In this document: piece by piece, positions 27,040-35,179 of the stretch | Numbering within the stretch: the stretch's first letter is position 1 | How the letters are laid out: the number at the start of each line of letters is the position of its first letter | Assembly (NCBI GenBank): GCA_964487295.1 | Contig: CAZAQL010000002.1 | Coordinates: 1 to 62,134, forward strand | DNA: 62,134 nucleotides | Reading direction: 5' to 3' | Source: an uncultured bacterium | Lineage (GTDB): Bacteria > Joyebacterota > Joyebacteria > Joyebacterales > Joyebacteraceae | Position numbers and translations under genes: made by a program | The notes under the pieces: model-generated | The model's database searches: none | What the model saw: only the letters and a program-made list of their open reading frames with translations | What the model was told of the DNA's origin: nothing

Positions 27040-28083
27040 CTACGCCGCCCGCGGCTCGCCGCCCACGGATGCGCCGAGCAGATCGAGCACGGCCTCGTGG
27101 GCGCGGTCGACGGTGACGTCGACCATGCACTGCAGGGTACCGAGCGGACAGCTCTCGCCTCCGTGCCGTCCGCACGGCCGGCACGCAAGGTCCGCCTCGA
27201 GAACGCGAGCCGCCTCCGCGTACGGGGCGAACCCCTGGCCGGGGATCGTCGGACCGAACACGGTGACCACCGGAGTGCCGACGCCGGCCGCCACGTGCGC
27301 CGCGGCCGAGTCGTTGGAGACGACGATCCTGCTCCGCGCCACGAGCGCGATCCAGGTCCCGAGCGTCAGTCGCCCGGTGAGATCCACGAGCGACGCGGTG
27401 GCCTTCCGCGACACCGCCCCGGCCGCGCCGCGGTCGTCGACCGACCCCGAGAGCGCCACCGTAAGGCCGCTCGCCGCAAGCCGGTCGGCCAGCTCGGCGT
27501 AGCGCTCAGCCGGCCACCGCTTGGTCGGCCACCGGCTGCCCGGCGCGAGAACGGCCAGCCCGCCGCCGGCACCGAGTTCTGTGAGCAGATTGTCGGCCTC
27601 GCGCGCGCCGTCATCGGGAACCGCAACCGAGAACGGAACGCGGTCCGCGGGCAGCTCGACACCCAGCGGCGTGGCGAGCGACGCAACCCGTTCCACCTCG
27701 TGTCCCCGCGCGCGGTACGGGAGCGTCTGCGTGAAGAGCGCCCGGCCCCCGCTCTCGTCGAATCCCACGCGCCTCGGGATCGCCGCCAGCGCCGCGATCG
27801 CGGCGCTCCGGAGGGAGCGGTGCGGCACGAGCGCCACATCGGCCCCGAACCCCCTCGCCGCTCTCGCGATGCGGAGCGTCCCTGACGGCCCCCGGTCGCC
27901 GGCGCGCTTGTCGAACGTCACGATGCGGTCGGTCAGGCTCTGCGTCTCGAGGAGCCGCGCGCCCGCGGGCGCGGCGACCACACACACGCTCTCGGCGATC
28001 CCCGCCTCCCGGATGAGAGCCAGCAGCGGCAGTGTGAGGATCATGTCCCCGAGAAACGCCGTCTGGATGACCAGGATTCTCAC
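27040..28083 (-). CDS. Glycosyltransferase family 9 (heptosyltransferase family)
   Basis: GTG 28083 (GTGA overlap, GGAGGGGAGG upstream). VRILVIQTAFLGDMILTLPLLALIRE and VVSNDSAAAHVAAGVGTPVVTVFGPT. Confidence 0.85.
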   Translation of the reverse strand: MRILVIQTAFLGDMILTLPLLALIREAGIAESVCVVAAPAGARLLETQSLTDRIVTFDKRAGDRGPSGTLRIARAARGFGADVALVPHRSLRSAAIAALAAIPRRVGFDESGGRALFTQTLPYRARGHEVERVASLATPLGVELPADRVPFSVAVPDDGAREADNLLTELGAGGGLAVLAPGSRWPTKRWPAERYAELADRLAASGLTVALSGSVDDRGAAGAVSRKATASLVDLTGRLTLGTWIALVARSRIVVSNDSAAAHVAAGVGTPVVTVFGPTIPGQGFAPYAEAARVLEADLACRPCGRHGGESCPLGTLQCMVDVTVDRAHEAVLDLLGASVGGEPRAA

Positions 28084-29213
28084 GACCTCCCCTCCGGGGT
28101 CCCGCCTCGCCGGTCGAGCAGCGCGTCCGCTTCGGAGAGGACCCTGTCTGGCTCGATCGCCGTCATGCACCGCCAGTGTCCCAGACGGCAGCGTTTCGTC
28201 CCGTAGAACGAGCACGCGCTGCACTCGAGATCCTCGAAGACCACCACATCGCCCGTGAAATCGAACTGACCCGGGTCGGTGGGACCGAAGATCGCCACGG
28301 TCGGCGTTCCGCGCGCCATCGCCATGTGCATCGGCCCGCTGTCGTTCCCGATGAAGAGGCGAGCGTCTCCGAGCAGGGCCGCCAGCTCGCCCAATCCCGT
28401 GTCGCCGGCGCCGTTGACGACCGTCGCGCGACCCGCCTCGCTGCCGCCCGCGACCTGCTCGCAGAGCGCACGCTCGCTCGCGGACCCGACGAGCAGGACA
28501 TCGAGACCCCTGCCCCCCGCCAGACCGGTCACGACGCTGGCGAAGCGGTCGACCGGCCAGCGTTTGGTCTCCCAGAGCGCGCCCGGAGCGACGACGGCGT
28601 ACGAGCCCGCTCGCAACCCCCATCCGCGCAGTCGGTCGCTCGCCGCCTCGGAAGCCTCGGGCGAGACGTACAGCCGAGGGCGGCTCTGCTTCGCGACGAC
28701 ACCCAGAGGACGGAGGCTGTCGAGATACCGCCTCACGAGCAGTCTGTCCGCCCGAAAGCGCCGACGGCCGAGTCGGACGCGGACGGCGTCCGCGGGGTTT
28801 CTCTTGCGATACGCGGTGACCATCGACGCGCGCGCGCAGACGCCCAGCAGGACGCTCCGCTGATTGCGATGGAGATCGACGACGCACGAGTAGCTCGCGG
28901 CTCTCAGCTCCTCGCAGAGCCCGCGCAGGTCGCCGAACGAACTCCCGGCGAGCGCGTGGACGCGGTCGACGGCGGGATGGGCCTCGACGAGCTCGCGGTA
29001 CCGTTCCTTGACGGCGAACCCTATCGTCGCGTCGGGGTATGCGTCGCGAAGCGCGGTCACGACCGGCTCCGTCAGGACGATGTCACCGATCGAGCTCAGG
29101 CGAACGATCACGAGCCCCGTCTGAGGAAGCGGCGTGGCGCTCCCCGAGAAGCCGGATGCGCGGCTCCCGGCCTCTTCGTTCGCGCCGCCGTCCCGGGCGT
29201 CCCCGTCATCCAT
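28080..29213 (-). CDS. Glycosyltransferase family 9 (heptosyltransferase family)
   Basis: LVIVRLSSIGDIVLTEPVVTALRDAYPDATIGF and FIGNDSGPMHMAMARGTPTVAIFGPT. Start set at ATG 29213. The ORF stays open to 29357 through a tandem repeat. Confidence 0.8.
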   Translation of the reverse strand: MDDGDARDGGANEEAGSRASGFSGSATPLPQTGLVIVRLSSIGDIVLTEPVVTALRDAYPDATIGFAVKERYRELVEAHPAVDRVHALAGSSFGDLRGLCEELRAASYSCVVDLHRNQRSVLLGVCARASMVTAYRKRNPADAVRVRLGRRRFRADRLLVRRYLDSLRPLGVVAKQSRPRLYVSPEASEAASDRLRGWGLRAGSYAVVAPGALWETKRWPVDRFASVVTGLAGGRGLDVLLVGSASERALCEQVAGGSEAGRATVVNGAGDTGLGELAALLGDARLFIGNDSGPMHMAMARGTPTVAIFGPTDPGQFDFTGDVVVFEDLECSACSFYGTKRCRLGHWRCMTAIEPDRVLSEADALLDRRGGTPEGRS

Positions 29214-31239
29214 GAGCGCCACCTGGTCCGCCGGCGTCGTCTGAGCCATCGGCGCCACCTGATCCGCCGGCGTTGCCTGAGCCATCGGCGCCACCTGGTC
29301 CGTCGGCGCCACCTGGTCCGCCGGCGTCGCCTGCCCCCTGAGACCGCCGCGGTTCATCGTCCGCGAACTGCAGGTCGTGCAATCGCCGGTAGAGCCCCCC
29401 GTTCAGGACGAGCTCATCATGGGTGCCGCACTCGACGATGCGCCCCTCCTCCATCGCCACGATGCGGTCGGCGTTGCGGACCGTCGAGAGCCTGTGCGCG
29501 ATGATCAGCACGGTGCGCCCGCTGAACAGCCGCTCGATGGCCTCCTGCACGAGCCTCTCGGACTCGGTATCCAGCGACGAGGTCGCCTCATCGAAGATGA
29601 GAACGGGAGGGTTCTTCAGGATCGCGCGCGCGATGGCGAGGCGCTGCCGCTCGCCGCCCGAGAGACGCGCCCCACGCTCCCCGATGACGGTGTCGTATCC
29701 CTCGGGCATTCTGGATATGAAGTCGTGCGCGTTCGCGGCTCGCGCCGCATCCTCGACGGCCTCGCGTGAGGCCCCCTCGAGGCCGTAGGCGATGTTCGCG
29801 AGGACGGTGTCGTTGAAGAGAATGGTCTCCTGCGTCACGATGCCCATCATGCGACGAAGCGACGCCAGTTTGACGTCCCGGAGATCCCGACCGTCGATCG
29901 TGACGCGGCCCGACGTCGGGTCGTAGAACCTCGGCACGAGATCGAGGAGCGTCGACTTCCCGGCCCCGCTCGGTCCGACCACCGCTACGACCTCACCCTT
30001 GGAGACCGAGATATCGATCTCGTCGAGCACGACGTCTCCCGTGGCGTAGCGGAAGCTCACCCCCTCGTACCGGATGGCGTCCGAAAACCCATCGAGCTCG
30101 ACGGCGTCGGGCGCGTCGCACACGTCGAGCTCGGCGTCGAGCACGTGGAAGACGCGGGCGGCGGCCGCGAGGCCCATCTGGAGCTGGTTGTTCGCCTTCG
30201 AGAGCTTGCGGAGCGGCTGCATGGTCGAGAGCGCCGCGCCGAGGAAGATGAGGAACCAGTCGGGCGATATGGCGTCCGCCAGGAGAACCTCACGGCCGCC
30301 GTACCACAGGACGACGACGACACCGATGACACCCATGTACTCGGTCAGCGGCCCGGCGAGCGCGCCCAGCGCCTCCATCCGCACGAACCTGCGGAAATAC
30401 TCCCGGGTGTGAGCGAAGAATCGGCGACGCTCGTAGGACTCCATGCCGAACGCCTGAACCACCCTGATCCCCGAGATCGCCTCCTGCAGCGTCGAGGTGA
30501 TGTCGGCCATCTTCTCCTGGATACGCGTGCTCCGCTTCCTGAGGCGCGCGCCGATGCGCGCGATGAGAAACATGATGGGCGGCAGCACCACGAACGCGAC
30601 AACGGCCAGGCGCCAGCTGATCCAGATCGCCACGCCGAGGTAGATCAGTGTCAACAGCGTCTCCCGGAACAGATTCACGAAGGAAGCGACGAGCGCGCCT
30701 CGCACGAGCGTGACGTCGTTCGTGATCCGCGAGATGAGCGTCCCCGTGTGCTGCCCGTGGAAGAACGAGAGCGACAGGTCGGTGAGCTTCGCGAACAGCC
30801 GGTCCCTGAGATCCCGGACCACGCGCTGTTCGAGAGTCATCATCAGGAAGGTCTGCAGATACCCGAAGAGCTCGCGGACGAAGAAGACCGCGAGGAGCGC
30901 GAGGCACACCTTGCCCAGCGCGCGCTCGGGCGTGTCGCTGACGAAGAGGAGGAGAATGCGCTCTCGGACAACGTCTTTGAGATCTTTGATCACCTCGTCG
31001 CCGGCGGCGGTGCCGGGCTCACCGTCTCCGATCGCCGCGCCGACGCTCGGCACGGTCTCGGCCGACACCTCAACGAGCGCGTCGCGCTCGAAGAGCACGT
31101 TGACGAACGGGAGGATCATGCCGAGCGACACACCCGAGAGAAGCGCGAACACCGCCATGCACACGAGCGCCGCCGTGAGGCGGCGCCAGTACGGTCTGAC
31201 ATATCCGAGCAGCCGCACGAAGTGCCGCATGCTATCCAC
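29206..31239 (-). CDS. msbA: Lipid A export ABC transporter, fused permease/ATPase (MsbA-like) with Gly/Asp-rich repeat tail
   Basis: Six-TM ABC_membrane domain, Walker A GPSGAGKST, signature LSGGERQR and Walker B VLIFDEATS. The tail GAGDAGGPGGADGPGGADGSGNAGGSGGADG is encoded by the tandem repeat. Confidence 0.85.
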   Translation of the reverse strand: MDSMRHFVRLLGYVRPYWRRLTAALVCMAVFALLSGVSLGMILPFVNVLFERDALVEVSAETVPSVGAAIGDGEPGTAAGDEVIKDLKDVVRERILLLFVSDTPERALGKVCLALLAVFFVRELFGYLQTFLMMTLEQRVVRDLRDRLFAKLTDLSLSFFHGQHTGTLISRITNDVTLVRGALVASFVNLFRETLLTLIYLGVAIWISWRLAVVAFVVLPPIMFLIARIGARLRKRSTRIQEKMADITSTLQEAISGIRVVQAFGMESYERRRFFAHTREYFRRFVRMEALGALAGPLTEYMGVIGVVVVLWYGGREVLLADAISPDWFLIFLGAALSTMQPLRKLSKANNQLQMGLAAAARVFHVLDAELDVCDAPDAVELDGFSDAIRYEGVSFRYATGDVVLDEIDISVSKGEVVAVVGPSGAGKSTLLDLVPRFYDPTSGRVTIDGRDLRDVKLASLRRMMGIVTQETILFNDTVLANIAYGLEGASREAVEDAARAANAHDFISRMPEGYDTVIGERGARLSGGERQRLAIARAILKNPPVLIFDEATSSLDTESERLVQEAIERLFSGRTVLIIAHRLSTVRNADRIVAMEEGRIVECGTHDELVLNGGLYRRLHDLQFADDEPRRSQGAGDAGGPGGADGPGGADGSGNAGGSGGADGSDDAGGPGGAHG
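29215..29333. repeat. Tandem repeat, 36-nt unit (two full copies, an 18-nt half copy, and a copy of about 29 nt)
   Basis: Units at 29215-29250, 29251-29286 (32/36 identical), 29287-29304 and 29305-29333, with core ggcgccacctggtccgccggcgt. The repeat is open in two minus-strand frames. Confidence 0.85.
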
Positions 31240-32518
31240 CCTCCCCCGACGCCCCCCGGAGCATGGCGGACTGCGTCCGCTCCATGAACTCCTCGATGGG
31301 GAAACGGTCGCCGGGGACGAGCGTGATCACCTCGAGGCACCCACGGTCCGGATACGCCTCGTCCTCCAGCTCGCCCGCCGTCATCATCGAGACCGTCGGG
31401 ATGTCCATAGCTATGGCGAAGTAGACGAGATCCGTGTTCCCGGCCACGAAGAGGTCGCACTGCCCGAGGAGGCTCACCACGTCCCGCATGCGGCGCTGCT
31501 GCACGAGGATCGGCTCACGGGAGAGCAGATCCTCGAGCCGCCGGGCGTGTTCCAGGTGTTCCGGTGACGTCAGGAGGATCGCGCGCGCGTTGTAGTCGGC
31601 GCAGAGCTGATCCAGAAGCTTCGCCTGCTGTGTCGCCGAGACCGACGTGCCACCCCTTCCCGGCCCCGGGTCGAACCCGATGAGCAGTTCGTCCTCCCGT
31701 GGCTTGCGGAAGTGAATGAGCTGCTCGGCCGTCCTGCGCTCCTGGTCGGGAACCTCCCACATGAGACCGAGCCCGCTCACATCGATCCCCATCACTCGTG
31801 CGATCTCGAGCCCCAGCTGTGCCCGCGTGCTTCCCGAGACGCGCCGGCTCACCTCGAAATTCAGGAAGGGGTGGGTCTCCGCGCCCTGCAGCCCCGCCCG
31901 CACCTTCGCGCCCGTCATGTAGCACAGATAGATGCGTTCGAAGTCGGACACGCGGTCGAGGAGTATGGCGATGTCGAAGCGGTACGACTTGAGACGCTTC
32001 GCCAGACGCATGAACGACGACAGACGCTTCATGCCACGCGGCAGCGAGTACCCTATGACGCGGTCGACCTCGATCGACCCCTCGAGAAGCTCCTTGTCCT
32101 CATCGTGCACGAGCACGGCGATCTTCCCCGTCGGGAAACCGCGTCGCATCGCGCGGAGCGTCGGCACGGCGAAGAGCGCCCCCGTCACGCCGCGCTCGGG
32201 GATGACGAGCACGCGCTCTACGCTGCCGAACGCCGCGCCGAACGAGATCGGCTCGGGCCGGTCGAAGCGCTCCACGTAGCGGCAGACAAGACGACCGAGC
32301 CGGGAGGACCCCGCATCTCGGCGCGACGCGGGCGCCTGCCCGCGCGAGACCGCCGCCCTGTCGCCCCGAGGGTCACTCCGGGGCCCGTCTGCTCCCATGA
32401 CTGCCTCCGCGCTCTTCGAGGGGTCGGTGCGCGCAACGCATCCGCGCACGGACGACATCCGCCGCCCGCGCGCGCGCAGAGGTATGCGCCTGCCGGGGAT
32501 CCGCGCGTTCCCCGGCAT
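31232..32518 (-). CDS. GT9-like glycosyltransferase (divergent heptosyltransferase fold)
   Basis: VLVIPERGVTGALFAVPTLRAMRRGFPTGKIAVL and FVAGNTDLVYFAIAMDIPTVSMM sit at the positions of GT9 motifs. The N-terminal 60-80 codons are Arg-rich, so the start is uncertain (32518, 32458 or 32398). Confidence 0.55.
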   Translation of the reverse strand: MPGNARIPGRRIPLRARGRRMSSVRGCVARTDPSKSAEAVMGADGPRSDPRGDRAAVSRGQAPASRRDAGSSRLGRLVCRYVERFDRPEPISFGAAFGSVERVLVIPERGVTGALFAVPTLRAMRRGFPTGKIAVLVHDEDKELLEGSIEVDRVIGYSLPRGMKRLSSFMRLAKRLKSYRFDIAILLDRVSDFERIYLCYMTGAKVRAGLQGAETHPFLNFEVSRRVSGSTRAQLGLEIARVMGIDVSGLGLMWEVPDQERRTAEQLIHFRKPREDELLIGFDPGPGRGGTSVSATQQAKLLDQLCADYNARAILLTSPEHLEHARRLEDLLSREPILVQQRRMRDVVSLLGQCDLFVAGNTDLVYFAIAMDIPTVSMMTAGELEDEAYPDRGCLEVITLVPGDRFPIEEFMERTQSAMLRGASGEGG

Positions 32519-32558
32519 CGCTCGGCCAGTCCCTCATACCGGACACTTGTCGGCTCGT

Positions 32559-32588
32559 AGGCTAGCAGACGCGTTCGGAAGGTGTCAA
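32559..32588 (-). promoter_or_regulatory. Sigma70-type promoter candidate for the LPS-core operon
   Basis: Minus strand reads TTGACA (32588-32583), then 18 nt, then TAGCCT (32564-32559), in the divergent intergenic region. Confidence 0.5.
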
Positions 32589-32680
32589 CGCTTTTCTCCC
32601 GGTCTAACCCCCCGTCCCGTCGTCACTTCCCTCATTCCTGCCGCGCATCCGCACACGCCGTCTGATAGACTCACCACGTC

Positions 32681-35110
32681 ATGAACGAGGAACATCACAC
32701 GCCCGCGGGAGAGCGCTCCCGGGCCCCGTCCCCCTCCGTCCGCGCCGGCGCCGGCCGCCGGCCGGCTGCGACAGCGGTGCGCCTTGCCCGCGCGGTCCGC
32801 ACGGCGGCCCTGTCCCTCGGTTTCGCGACGATCGCAGTTCAGACCCTCGTGCTCCGCGAGCTACTCGTCACGTGGCGGGGCGATGAGACGGCCTTCGGCG
32901 TCGCTCTCGCCTCGTGGCTTCTCGCGGCCGCGGCCGGCAGCGCCCTGCTCGGTCCTCGGCTTCGCGGAACCGGCCCGCCCCGCGCGCGCCTCGCCCGCGC
33001 GCTCGCGCTCCTCGGCATCCTCGCCCCGCTCTCGGTGCTGGGGGCGCGTCTCGGACGTCTCGTCCTGGGTCCCGGTTCGGGAGCGCTCGCACGCCCCGCC
33101 GACCATCTGCTGGCGATCGTGATCGCCACCACGCCGTTCGCGCTCGTCGCGGGAGCCTGCTTCGCACTCACGATCCGCGCTCTCGCCGCCGGGACGGCCG
33201 GATCGCGGCGACGGGCCGCTGCCACGGCCTATGCCGTCGAGGCCGCGGGAGCCGTATGCGCAGGCATTCTGCTGAGCTTCGTCCTCATCCCCTTGGTTCC
33301 GCCGGTCGTGGTCGCCGGGATCTGTGCGCTCATCCTCGGCCTGACCGCCATCGCTCTGACGCTCCCGGCCGACGGCGCCCCGGCACCGTCGCGGCGCGCG
33401 AGGCTCGCGGCCCCCGTCTGCTGCGCGGCCGTCGCGCTCCTGACGCTGTCGCCCCTCGGCGCCCGGACCGACCACGCGACGATCGCGGCCCTGTGGGCGG
33501 ACGCCGGATTCGTCGAGGCGCGGGAGTCGGTCTACGGCCGCGTGGTCGCCACGCGCCGCGGGAGCCAGGTCAGCATCTACCAGAGCGGCGTCCTCGCCGC
33601 ATCCGCTCCCGACGCGCTCGCCGCCGAGGAGACCGTGCACGTCCCGATGCTCGCGCACCCTCGACCGCGCAGGGTGCTGCTCGTCGGAGGCGGTCTTGGG
33701 GGCGCGATCGCCGAGGCGCTCAAGCACCCGGACGTAGAACGCATCGACTACGTTGAGCTCGATGGAACGCTCCTCGAGGTGGCTCGCGAGTCGTTCGGCG
33801 GATCGATCGCGGCGGGTCTCGACGACCCGCGCGTGAACGTCCGTCTCGGCGACGCGCGGCTCCTCATCGCCGGTGCGCGGCAGCGGTACGACGTCGTCGT
33901 TCTGAGTGTGCCCGACCCGGTCACGCTGCAGCTCAACCGTTTCTACACGGTCGAGTTCTTTGAGGAGACGCGACGCGTCCTCGCTGAGGGCGGCGTGCTC
34001 GCCCTCTCCGTCTCCGGCGCCGAGAACTACGTGCCTCCGGAGCTTGCCGAACTCCTCGGACTCCTCCGGGACTCGCTTGAGCGGTCCTTCGAGAACGTGA
34101 CGCTCCTCCCCGGAGACCCCTGTCACATACTCGCCTCCGGACCGGCGATGCACGTCCCGCGCGAGGGTCGCGAGTTCGCCCGGCGCGCCGACGAACGCAG
34201 ACTCGGAACGCGCTTCATCGCACGCTACTACCTCGAGGACCGCTTCAGCGAGGCCAGAACGCGAGCCCTTGACGACGCGGTCGCGCGCGCCGAGCCTCGC
34301 GGGCTCAATCGCGACCTCCATCCACTCGGCTTCTTCACCTCTCTCGTCCTCTGGTCCCGTCGGATCGGGTCGTGGGGATCCTGGCTGACCGTGGGGCGCC
34401 GCATCGTGACGCTCCCCGCCTTCGCGGCGGTCGCCGTCGCGATGCTCGTCGCGTTCGGGTTCGCCCCCCGTCTCGCCGCGCGCCTGCGCCGCGCGGGGCG
34501 ACCGGCCGACCGCCCGGCGACGTCCGGCGCCATTCTCCTGTCGATCGCCGTCGTGGGATTCTCGGAGATGGCGCTCGAGGTTGCCGCGATCCACGCGTAC
34601 CAGAGCCTGTACGGTTACGTGTACGGACACCTTGCGCTCATAACCGCGGCGTTCATGGCCGGACTCGCCGGCGGCGGGTGGTTGGGCCGGCGGCTCGCGG
34701 GAGGATCGAGACTCTGGCGCCAGTACGTCGCCGTTCAGGGAGGGATCGTGGTCGTCCCACTCATCTTCGGTCTCTCCATTCGGGCTCTCGCGACATCGGT
34801 CTCCGCCGGGAGCACGTTCTCCGCGGGGCTCTTTCCCGGGATCGTCGCCGGTTCGGCCCTCCTCGCCGGAGTGCAGTTCCCTCTCGCCGCCACGCTTCTC
34901 GCCGAGGACGGCGAACGCAGCGTCACTCGCAAGGGTGGCGCTCTCTACGGGCTCGACCTGGCGGGGGCGGCGGCGGGCGCCGTGCTGTCCTCGCTCCTGA
35001 TGTTCCCCCTGCTCGGGATGTTCCGCTCGATGATGGCGCTGGCCGTGCTGAATGCGAGCGTCGCGCTGACGCTGCTCATGGCCGGAATGAGACGGGGCCG
35101 CCCCCGATGA
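32681..35110 (+). CDS. Fused polytopic membrane / spermidine synthase-like (SpeE-fold) protein
   Basis: The only credible plus-strand gene. TM bundles lie at both the N- and C-termini. The central domain RVLLVGGGLGGAIAEALKHPDVERIDYVELDG...YDVVVLSVPDP...FYTVEFFEETRRVLAEGGVLAL is an aminopropyltransferase/SAM-MTase fold. Confidence 0.8.
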   Translation: MNEEHHTPAGERSRAPSPSVRAGAGRRPAATAVRLARAVRTAALSLGFATIAVQTLVLRELLVTWRGDETAFGVALASWLLAAAAGSALLGPRLRGTGPPRARLARALALLGILAPLSVLGARLGRLVLGPGSGALARPADHLLAIVIATTPFALVAGACFALTIRALAAGTAGSRRRAAATAYAVEAAGAVCAGILLSFVLIPLVPPVVVAGICALILGLTAIALTLPADGAPAPSRRARLAAPVCCAAVALLTLSPLGARTDHATIAALWADAGFVEARESVYGRVVATRRGSQVSIYQSGVLAASAPDALAAEETVHVPMLAHPRPRRVLLVGGGLGGAIAEALKHPDVERIDYVELDGTLLEVARESFGGSIAAGLDDPRVNVRLGDARLLIAGARQRYDVVVLSVPDPVTLQLNRFYTVEFFEETRRVLAEGGVLALSVSGAENYVPPELAELLGLLRDSLERSFENVTLLPGDPCHILASGPAMHVPREGREFARRADERRLGTRFIARYYLEDRFSEARTRALDDAVARAEPRGLNRDLHPLGFFTSLVLWSRRIGSWGSWLTVGRRIVTLPAFAAVAVAMLVAFGFAPRLAARLRRAGRPADRPATSGAILLSIAVVGFSEMALEVAAIHAYQSLYGYVYGHLALITAAFMAGLAGGGWLGRRLAGGSRLWRQYVAVQGGIVVVPLIFGLSIRALATSVSAGSTFSAGLFPGIVAGSALLAGVQFPLAATLLAEDGERSVTRKGGALYGLDLAGAAAGAVLSSLLMFPLLGMFRSMMALAVLNASVALTLLMAGMRRGRPR

Positions 35111-35179
35111 GGGACGGCCCCGTGTATCCCGATGGTCCTCGACCCGTCTGAGAACCGTGACGCGCCGCACCGGCGTCTG

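Noticed and set aside
28084-28887. N-terminal extensions of several minus-strand ORFs (27040..28887, 44897..46444, 4061..5620, 11859..12827, 13584..15146, 37528..39423, 36356..37663 beyond 37531)
   Set aside because: The extensions overlap the preceding gene in another frame and are compositionally junk. Conserved family N-termini and RBS or coupled starts are found further downstream.
32666-32671. TAGACT hexamer 9 nt upstream of ATG 32681 as a plus-strand promoter
   Set aside because: No acceptable -35 element lies at 16-19 nt spacing (it reads gcgcat). A single -10-like hexamer is insufficient, so it is not listed as a feature.
35111-35179. Bidirectional terminator between the convergent genes ending at 35110 (+) and 35180 (-)
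   Set aside because: Only a 6-bp bulged stem (about 35158-35176) could be drawn, with no U/A tracts on either side. This is too weak to call.
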